A stretch of DNA of 56,342 bases, counting the filler, from Bradymonadales bacterium (lineage in GTDB: Bacteria > Bdellovibrionota > UBA2394), in assembly GCA_007693605.1 (NCBI GenBank). It is 4 parts of 4 records of this genome, joined end to end, with 100 filler letters (N's around TTAATTAATTAA, not from the genome) between each part and the next. Parts side by side here need not be neighbours in the genome. Positions count along the whole stretch, not along the records: positions 29,277 to 43,054 come from REDG01000016.1; positions 43,155 to 56,342 come from REDG01000050.1; 2 more parts are not named here. One strand, 5' to 3'. The notes beneath the pieces are model-generated. The model saw only the letters and a program-made list of their open reading frames with translations. It was not told where the DNA came from and did no database searches. The position numbers and the translations under genes are program-made. Below are positions 39,934-48,271 of the stretch, piece after piece. Numbering within the stretch: position 1 is the stretch's first letter; each line of letters starts with the position of its first letter.

Positions 39934-40358
39934 TCGCTATTTTCACAACACGATGGAACGAGCTCTTCTGTCAGAAACTCGAAGCCGCCGCAAGAGCTCG
40001 ATTACAGGAGGCGGGCTATTCGGTAAAACACTGGGTTGTACCGGGCGCGCTAGAGATCCCCTTGGCGGTGGAGTGGGCTCTCGATCAGCATCCGAATCAG
40101 GTCGAGGCTGTGGTTGCCTGTGGTGTCATTCTAAAGGGGGAAACCTATCACTTTGAACTCGTGGCTAATGAAACTTCTCGCGCTCTCACCGACATTGCTC
40201 TCAGAAGAAAAATCCCGATAGGTCACGGAATTTTGGCCTGCTACAACTTACAGCAAGTTGAAGATCGAACTCAAGGCTCCAAAAATAAGGGGGCCGAAGC
40301 AGCCTTGGCCGTGCTGGAAATGCTTCAGCTGAAGAAAGAGATAGGAGAACCGAAATGA
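39930..40358 (+). CDS. ribH: Lumazine synthase
   Basis: VPGALEIP, GETYHFE, NKGAEAA. Confidence 0.95.
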   Translation: MIAIFTTRWNELFCQKLEAAARARLQEAGYSVKHWVVPGALEIPLAVEWALDQHPNQVEAVVACGVILKGETYHFELVANETSRALTDIALRRKIPIGHGILACYNLQQVEDRTQGSKNKGAEAALAVLEMLQLKKEIGEPK

Positions 40359-40735
40359 AAACTGAACTTCCTCCGGTTGTGATCACCCACGCTGCCGTCA
40401 AGGTGTCGAGCGTTCAAAAATCAATGCAGTTTTTTCAAGAGGCCTTAGGCCTAAAGCCCGCCTGGTCCGGCCAAAGTGACTGGGGCATGGCGAAGTCTAA
40501 CGGATCGACGCTCGCCTTTATTGAAAAAAATGAAGAAATCCATCCGCCGCATATTGGTTTTGTAGTACCCCAGAAAGAGGATGTTGATCTCTTTCATAAA
40601 AACCTTAAGGCCTTAGGCGCTAAAGAGGTCGGGGAGCCCAAGGATCATCGAGATCAAAGCCGATCCTTTTACTTTAAAGATCCTGACGGCAACCAGTTCG
40701 AGCTCCTGTGGCTTCCTGAAAATTTGACGCGATAA
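40355..40735 (+). CDS. VOC/glyoxalase family protein
   Basis: H..VKVS, HIGF, FYFKDPDGNQFE. Confidence 0.9.
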   Translation: MKTELPPVVITHAAVKVSSVQKSMQFFQEALGLKPAWSGQSDWGMAKSNGSTLAFIEKNEEIHPPHIGFVVPQKEDVDLFHKNLKALGAKEVGEPKDHRDQSRSFYFKDPDGNQFELLWLPENLTR

Positions 40736-40788
40736 AGCCGGCCGGCTCTTCTCGTGACAAGAAATGGAAATTGCGTAGACTTAAAAAC

Positions 40789-41604
40789 ATGAAGTCCTTT
40801 GTCCTATTGAGCGTTTTGATGATGGCCGCAGCCCCGTCCTTTGGGGCCCGAGTCAACATATCTTCAATGAAGACTCTTCATGACCACGAGACCGCCGCAA
40901 AAGCCGAGCTGGCCTTTGACAGAGATGTTTCAGTGGAGAGCTTCAAGGCCTGTAGCCCTCAAGAAAGCCGACCCTTTCCCTCTGAACTCTCCGAAGAGCT
41001 TCAGTCCACGATCTTTATCTCTAGAGAAATGAGAGATCTTCGCAACTGCAGCAGAGACTCCTGCCCTTTCAATTTCACCCCCGACGAAAGGGAGTTGATC
41101 GGCAAGCAATCTTCAGATGCTGAAATTAAGAAAACTTTTTTTCAGTTCTACAATGAGCGAGTGAGTGGAGAGAGAGAGATTGACATCTTTTTTCAAAAGT
41201 TTCTTATTCAAGACGCTCGAAAGGCCTTCTCTGTTTGTGAGTCGAAGGAACTCGATCAGCTCGTTAAGGGGCGGCCCCTAGCATCCTGGCCTTTTTGGCT
41301 ATCTGCCGTTCGATACGATGGTCAAATGCGCCCGACCACGCGACTCACACAAGGCAAACATTTCGTCACGGGCAACGAGCAATGCTTCGCAGAGGCCCTG
41401 GTCTTTTCGAATCATTACGATGTCGAACTGATTAAGGTCTGGTCTTTTCTTCCAAAGGAAAGAAAACTCACGGTGGAGGTACGACATCGAGTGGACTTTT
41501 TAACCACCTGGTTTCGTCGCCTCCAAAAGCCCAGACTCCAATCCGCCCTGGAAGAGGCCCTAGAAAGCGAAGTTCGTCAGTTCTTAGCCTGCCTGCCCAG
41601 TTGA
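40789..41604 (+). CDS. Hypothetical secreted protein
   Basis: Signal peptide MKSFVLLSVLMMAAAPSFG; long ORF. Confidence 0.7.
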   Translation: MKSFVLLSVLMMAAAPSFGARVNISSMKTLHDHETAAKAELAFDRDVSVESFKACSPQESRPFPSELSEELQSTIFISREMRDLRNCSRDSCPFNFTPDERELIGKQSSDAEIKKTFFQFYNERVSGEREIDIFFQKFLIQDARKAFSVCESKELDQLVKGRPLASWPFWLSAVRYDGQMRPTTRLTQGKHFVTGNEQCFAEALVFSNHYDVELIKVWSFLPKERKLTVEVRHRVDFLTTWFRRLQKPRLQSALEEALESEVRQFLACLPS

Positions 41605-41651
41605 GTCCTAAGCTTCAGGCCTGATGTTTTTTACGATCTACAGAGTTAACT

Positions 41652-43054
41652 TCAATCGGATCCATTGAAGGCTTTTGATCGTTCTTCAATGAAGCGCCTT
41701 TGATGGTCAAGGTTTTGGAATTCAGTATACTGTGTCACGCCAAGGATTCGGGGTTCTTGGTTGGGAACTACCTGAAAGACAACCAGATAAGTCCTCTCTG
41801 TATCTTTAACCAAGACTCCTGGCACATGTAAGTCGTTGTTAGAAGTGTGATTGCCATTGGCGATCCTCTTTAGTAGCTCCATGATCTTGGCTTTTCTAGC
41901 CCAATCCAGAGCCTCTATGTCTTCTGAAAATTTAGGATGGACATTGATTCGATTGAAGGTCGCTTGCCAGTCGCTTGCAACACCTGCGCGATCCATGGGT
42001 AGATCCAAGATCTGTTCTTCTGCACCAGGATTTCGCATTGTGACTTGTGGGGCAGTTTGGCGAGCCTCTAACTGATCATAGAGCGCCTCAAACATACTGG
42101 AAAGCTTATCCCTAAGGGCTTCGCTTTTTAGTTGCTTAATTGAATTCATCATCACTTCTCGGTCGGGGATGATTTCAAGTTGATTGACAATCGAGGCGAC
42201 ATGATCTCGATCAAGTGCAATCAGCTCTTCGAGTTCCTCTATGTGCCGAGCAAACTGTTCACTAATTTCCGTCAGTTGATGGGTGTAAATCAGATTGAAA
42301 TGAGATTCCAGCGCATCTAGGATTCGTATGAGTTTGTCTTCAGGAAACTCTTGGCTAATGTCTTCAGCCTCTTGTTGTCTGCTCAGACGAAAGATCACAA
42401 AGCGCCCGCCGTCCTCAGTTTCGACAAATCGAAGGCTCTCATGCCGCATAAATGTGCCCATGGGCACATTTCGATGAGGACCCGCTTCCTCATAAAGATA
42501 GCCATTATTCCAACCGAACCGTCGCAACTTTGAAAGAAAGTCAGATTGAAAAATTTCTAACTGGTACCCGTTGAGGCGAGAACGGTCGAATCTTGGCGAG
42601 CCGAAGGGAATCACGAGATAGTCAACATCTGATGCAGCATTCAACTCCCATATTGTAGGTGAATCCACAGTCAGCAGGGCCTCCAGCTTTGTATCAGCTG
42701 CCCCCTAAATTGATGCGACATCTGCCTGTTCTGCTGAAGGGCTTTCGACTGAGGGTTCAAAGATGAGAGAGTCTCGCCGGGAACTCCCGCGCTGCTGATC
42801 GTGGTCAATATGTGGATCAAGCAGCCTTGGATCCGCATTCTGATTTGTTTTTCTTCCCAGATTGATGACTACAATGCTGTATCGATTCCCCGAAGGTGTT
42901 TCCCATTGAATCTCCGTAGAAAGGTAGTGCTGTCCAAGATACTCAATTGGGGTCACTTTTTCTGTGTACTTCCCACGGTATGTAGATAAGGCATTAAAAT
43001 GGAGTGCGGTCGGGAAACTGGAGTCGAAGTCACTTAGCTTTTGAGCTCGGATCG
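41652..43054 (-). CDS. 5'-truncated protein with an in-frame TAG (42705-42707) and a RelE/ParE-like C-terminal domain; possible pseudogene
   Basis: One frame open from the contig edge to 41652 apart from a single TAG: ...ADVASI*GAADTKL... Confidence 0.6.
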
Positions 43055-43154
43055 NNNNNNNNNNNNNNNNNNNNNNNNNNNNNNNNNNNNNNNNNNNNTT
43101 AATTAATTAANNNNNNNNNNNNNNNNNNNNNNNNNNNNNNNNNNNNNNNNNNNN
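43055..43154. other. Artificial contig linker
   Basis: N44-TTAATTAATTAA-N44. Confidence 0.98.
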
Positions 43155-44326
<1,172 letters not shown>

Positions 44327-44479
44327 ATAAAGTAGCTCAGGTTGTTCACCTCAGCTCTTCAGTTAAATTACTGATGCATTGATTGAATTGAAAATTCCAA
44401 GAAACTGCATAAATGCAGATTTCTCGGCACTTGAGTCAAAACTTTAGACTCTTATTATACGCTCTATCACCTCTTCAAA

Positions 44480-44491
44480 TGTCAAAGAACA
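44480..44491 (-). promoter_or_regulatory. rrn boxA antitermination element
   Basis: Minus strand TGTTCTTTGACA. Confidence 0.75.
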
Positions 44492-44856
44492 CTTCACTCG
44501 CGTTGTTTTGTCACAATGCCGAATGGGAATAGTATGCTTCTACCCAAAACTGAAATCGAAAGGCAACGACGAAAATGAAAATTTTCTGAAATATTTTCAG
44601 GCCCTAGAAAACCCTCCGGAAGGCCTCACTCAAGGACCACATCGAGGGCCTTGATTTCTTGCATTTTGCCACCTACCAGAGTTCCGGACGGAGGCAATTT
44701 TGGGGAGTGGCGATCAACACCAAATAGTTTCAACCAGAGAAGGCCTGGCTCGGCGGATTCGATAGGCCCGCAAATCCTAAAGAGCGGAATGGACAAAATT
44801 TGTCATAAATGCGGGCTTGTTGGCGCCTAAGCCCCGAATTTTACTAGAAACTAGAG

Positions 44857-44872
44857 TGGCTTAGGATTTGCT
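44857..44872 (+). promoter_or_regulatory. Putative sigma54 promoter
   Basis: TGGCTTAGGATTTGCT (GG-N10-GC) upstream of 44911. Confidence 0.5.
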
Positions 44873-44910
44873 CTTTGAAGGACTAACAACGAGTTAAGGA
44901 GTATGGAGCA

Positions 44911-45492
44911 ATGAAATTTTTGATTTTGACCGTCACCAGTCTAATTGCACTAGGTATCGGCGAAGCGGACGCCAGAACGATTAACAAGGGCGACTCTTCG
45001 CTTTTGAGTCAAAGTAACGGGGGAGACCTGAGTGCTTTACCAGGGCCAGCAGAGTTTCAGAGCTGTAGATTGAGGGCAGCTGAGTCAATCCATGAATACT
45101 CACAGTCAAATGATCCTGATCAACTCCTTGAGTTTATAAGTGCAGTGGCAGACGGCCACTGCTCCGGGAGTCTAAACTGCCAGGAACTAATAAACGATTA
45201 CCTCAGCCTAAGACGCAACTGCTCTCGACACTCGAGAGGCATGCAGCACAACAATTATCAAGAGGGTGACTGCGAAACCTGCTCTTCTAAGGCGAATCAA
45301 ATCAATCAATCTTGTGGGGGCTTCGGCGGCGTGAATACGAACTGTGAAGACTGCCTACAGCACGATAGTGCCTGCCACACATGCGACAACAATGCAGTCT
45401 GCGAGTCGCAATGTGAGTATGAACAAACAGAGACCGCCTATCAGGAATGTATCTTAAGCTGTAATGCTCAATTCCCCTGCTTCAGGCAGTAG
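44911..45492 (+). CDS. Secreted Cys-rich protein (16 Cys)
   Basis: Signal peptide ending ADA; SD AAGGAG; CxxC and CxxxC pairs. Confidence 0.8.
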   Translation: MKFLILTVTSLIALGIGEADARTINKGDSSLLSQSNGGDLSALPGPAEFQSCRLRAAESIHEYSQSNDPDQLLEFISAVADGHCSGSLNCQELINDYLSLRRNCSRHSRGMQHNNYQEGDCETCSSKANQINQSCGGFGGVNTNCEDCLQHDSACHTCDNNAVCESQCEYEQTETAYQECILSCNAQFPCFRQ

Positions 45493-45512
45493 AACCGCTC
45501 GTAGTCAGAAAA

Positions 45513-45588
45513 TGGTGGACCCAGACGGGATCGAACCGACGACCTCCTGAATGCAAATCAGGCGCTCTCCCAGCTGAGCTATGGGCCC
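45513..45588 (-). tRNA. tRNA-Ala(TGC)
   Basis: GGGCCCATAGCTCAGCTGGGAGAGCGCCTGATTTGCATTCAGGAGGTCGTCGGTTCGATCCCGTCTGGGTCCACCA; G3:U70 pair. Confidence 0.97.
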
Positions 45589-45875
45589 ACTTCGTTCGGG
45601 CCCACAACTCAGCTGAACGCGCCTTCTGTTCAGGCGCTCCTCTTTCAAGTTCGCCTCCGGCTCAACCAGCTGCCCTATGGGCCCACTTCGTTCGGGCCCA
45701 CAACTCAGCTGAACGCGCCTTCTGTTCAGGCGCTCCTCTTTCAAGTTCGCCTCCGGCTCAACCAGCTGCCCTATGGGCCCACTTCGTTCGGGCCCACAAC
45801 TCAGCTGAACGCGCCTTCTGTTCAGGCGCTCCTCTTTCAAGTTCGCCTCCGGCTCAACCAGCTGCCCTATGGGCC
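45589..45875 (-). repeat. 3 x 96-bp tandem repeat with sense and antisense tRNA-Ala segments
   Basis: Identical units at 45589, 45685, 45781 directly abutting the tRNA 5' end. Confidence 0.95.
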
Positions 45876-45987
45876 TTCCTTACTCACTTTCAAACAAATG
45901 AGTCGTCACCAAACTATTCCGAGCTTGGCTTCCTTGCCAAGTCAAATCCCTCTCAATTCAGAAGCTTTGCCAAGGGCCTAAAAAAAT

Positions 45988-47049
45988 CTACCTAGAATCG
46001 GCTGAAATGAGGGCCGTCAAATGGAGTCGCGCTTCCTCATATAGAATCCGCACCCTTTCTTTGGTCAGGGAGTGCCCGCCATTCACTCTCAAGAAGTCTT
46101 CGTGTTGTCCGATTTGTTTAAAGGTAAGACCAGGACCACCCTCCAAACCATGATACAAGACGAGGATGGTTCGATGCCGTTCATCCTTCAAACGAGGCAC
46201 GGCCCTCTTTAGTGCCCGCAAGGAATCTTCATCTTCGACACGGGCCGAAGGATCTTTCCCCCCACTGGGCAGAGAAAGCTCGCCACCTGCACCAAAAGCT
46301 CCTACCAGCTTCCTGCGCCTTGCGTCCTCGTTTAGCCAATCCGCGTATTCTCGATTCAAAACACGAGTCAAAGGGGTCGAAAGCTGCAGCTTCCTACTTG
46401 GCTGGAAAGTCTCAACGACTTTGACAAGAAGGATATTGCCGAGCCCCACAAGTTCATCAAAATAATAGCCCTTTTCCGGCAGGTTTTTCGAAACAAGGAA
46501 CTGGCGAGCTATCATCTTTACAAGACTAAGATTCTTCTCAACCAAAAGGTTTCGAATTTCCAGCCTCCCTTTCATTTTTTCTTGAAGCAGGCCTTCGTCG
46601 GCTTCTGACAGACCCCAGTCCTGCCAGCCCAAGGGTCCAAGGGAGTCGAGATACAGGAAAAGCCAGTACGAAGCCGTGCGATTGAACGATTCGTCCTCTT
46701 TGAAGAAATCATCCCAACTCTTCAGAATCAAACCAGTTTGCCTCGTCTTTTGAGCATTGATTCTCCCAAAAAATGCTTCGAGCGCTGCCTCCGGCACTCG
46801 CTCTTTTAAAAACTCGACAAGCTCTCTCTCTAAGCCCTCCATGGCGAAAAACACATCCGCTCTCTGCTCATGACTTAGATCTCCAAAGTTATCTGCCTTC
46901 CTAAGAGAGGCTAAGCTTTCGAGCCTCTCTCCTGCCAGAAGAATCTGGTCGGCGCAGCCGAAAAGCGGACGACCAATAGCCCCGGCATCAGTAAACCAAA
47001 GGCCAATGATCCCTATCAAGAAAACCAGTCGAGTACGAGAACCCCACAT
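45988..47049 (-). CDS. Sigma70-like protein (regions 2 and 4) with N-terminal signal peptide
   Basis: RNLLVEKNLSLVKMIARQF..DELVGLGNILLVKVVETF; LTFKQIGQ..LTKERVR; N-terminus MWGSRTRLVFLIGIIGLWFTDAGA. Confidence 0.75.
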   Translation of the reverse strand: MWGSRTRLVFLIGIIGLWFTDAGAIGRPLFGCADQILLAGERLESLASLRKADNFGDLSHEQRADVFFAMEGLERELVEFLKERVPEAALEAFFGRINAQKTRQTGLILKSWDDFFKEDESFNRTASYWLFLYLDSLGPLGWQDWGLSEADEGLLQEKMKGRLEIRNLLVEKNLSLVKMIARQFLVSKNLPEKGYYFDELVGLGNILLVKVVETFQPSRKLQLSTPLTRVLNREYADWLNEDARRRKLVGAFGAGGELSLPSGGKDPSARVEDEDSLRALKRAVPRLKDERHRTILVLYHGLEGGPGLTFKQIGQHEDFLRVNGGHSLTKERVRILYEEARLHLTALISADSR

Positions 47050-47160
47050 CACGCGACCAGGGCTAGTCCAAAGCGAATCGAAAGCCAAGCTCGTCCCACA
47101 GATATTTACAGGCAACCAGAGCGAAACGAAGGGGCCGCTCCGCCGTCAGCCGTCGGGGGC

Positions 47161-47715
47161 CTAAGCCCTTGAAACATACTCCCCCGACTCCGTGTTTATC
47201 ACAATCGAGTCTCCTGCATTCACAAAGGGGGGGACCCCCACCACAAGACCTGTCTCTAAAGTGGCGGGCTTTAGCACATTGGTGGCTGTCGCATTCTTTA
47301 TGCCCGGCTCTGTCTCGGTGACCTTCAAGGTTACCTTTTGAGGCAATTCTACCGAGATCGGTTTTTCATCCACAAAGACCACATCGATACTGGAGTTGGG
47401 CAAGATGAATTTCATCACATCCCCAACAATGGCGACACTCAAATGAATCTGCTCATAGGTTTCTGAGTTCATGAAGACAAAGAACTCCCCCTCTTGATAG
47501 AGGTATTCCATCTTCACATGATCGACGCTCAGTTTCTCGACATCATCTCCTGACCGAAAACGGTGATTGTAGTTAGTGCCCGTTTCGAGATCTTTCATCT
47601 CGACCTGCATCATCGCCCTTAAATTGCCCGGCGTGTGATGAGCCGAAGACACCACCTTCACGACTTTTCCATTAAACCGAATGACCTGACCTTTACGAAT
47701 TTCTGTGGCTTTCAT
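47161..47715 (-). CDS. efp: Elongation factor P
   Basis: YLY..G..FVFM..ETYEQ, TEPGIK, KPATLETG, VPPFV, GEYVSRA. Confidence 0.96.
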   Translation of the reverse strand: MKATEIRKGQVIRFNGKVVKVVSSAHHTPGNLRAMMQVEMKDLETGTNYNHRFRSGDDVEKLSVDHVKMEYLYQEGEFFVFMNSETYEQIHLSVAIVGDVMKFILPNSSIDVVFVDEKPISVELPQKVTLKVTETEPGIKNATATNVLKPATLETGLVVGVPPFVNAGDSIVINTESGEYVSRA

Positions 47716-47855
47716 GAAAAATCAAAATGCTTCGATTACCGAACGAAGTCAATCGACAGGGCCTCTTGAAAGCAGGAGGGACAAATTTTGCTGCCGGGCG
47801 TCAGAAATTGTCGTTTTTTTGGAGGCTTCCGATTGAAATCATTGAGAAAAATCGA

Positions 47856-47871
47856 CGGCATCCAATTTGCA
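47856..47871 (+). promoter_or_regulatory. Putative sigma54 promoter of a small peptide gene
   Basis: CGGCATCCAATTTGCA (GG-N10-GC). Confidence 0.5.
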
Positions 47872-47907
47872 ACACTTGTTAAGCTTGTAAACGGGAGGAA
47901 ATAAGAA

Positions 47908-48060
47908 ATGCGTAAATTTATGCTTAGTCTTTTATTGGCCTTTGGAAGTCTCGGCCTCAGCTCAAACGCCATTCTGCAAGCCAGCAGTGATGAGGGAGAG
48001 TCTGAAGCCGATTCTGGCAGTGGCTACGAAGAGCATTCATCCGCTGAGTTTATCTATTAA
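47908..48060 (+). CDS. Small secreted acidic peptide (50 aa), absent from the ORF track
   Basis: SD GGGAGG; MRKFMLSLLLAFGSLGLSSNAILQASSDEGESEADSGSGYEEHSSAEFIY; hairpin after the stop. Confidence 0.7.
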   Translation: MRKFMLSLLLAFGSLGLSSNAILQASSDEGESEADSGSGYEEHSSAEFIY

Positions 48061-48150
48061 GAAGGCGACTCCCCCAAGGGGATGCGCCTGCCGAGGGACC
48101 AAACACCCTCCAACTCAGAGCTTGAGCTTTCGAAAGAACAATGACTCGTG

Positions 48151-48192
48151 AAAATCCTGTGGGCGCTGTGGTGTGCTCACAGGATTTTTTTT
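48151..48192 (+). terminator. Intrinsic, probably bidirectional, terminator
   Basis: AAAATCCTGTGGGCGC...GTGCTCACAGGATTTTTTTT. Confidence 0.75.
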
Positions 48193-48270
48193 GGGAGTGT
48201 CGCTAAAGGCCCATCTGCCCCTTCGCTCATGTCGACCTTCGGTCGACACCGAGAGTTTGGTGAGAGTCTC
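48193..48270. repeat. Family B element, 78 bp with imperfect terminal inverted repeats
   Basis: GGGAGTGTCGCTAAA...GTCGACCTTCGGTCGAC hairpin...TTTGGTGAGAGTCTC. Confidence 0.7.
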
Positions 48271-48271
48271 T

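Noticed and set aside
15047..43154. TTAATTAATTAA inside N runs, three times
   Set aside because: Identical 100-bp artificial linker with stops in all frames; not biological.
45505..45840. 111-aa repeat ORF
   Set aside because: Runs through the 96-bp array and the tRNA-Ala gene; it stays open because the period is a multiple of 3.
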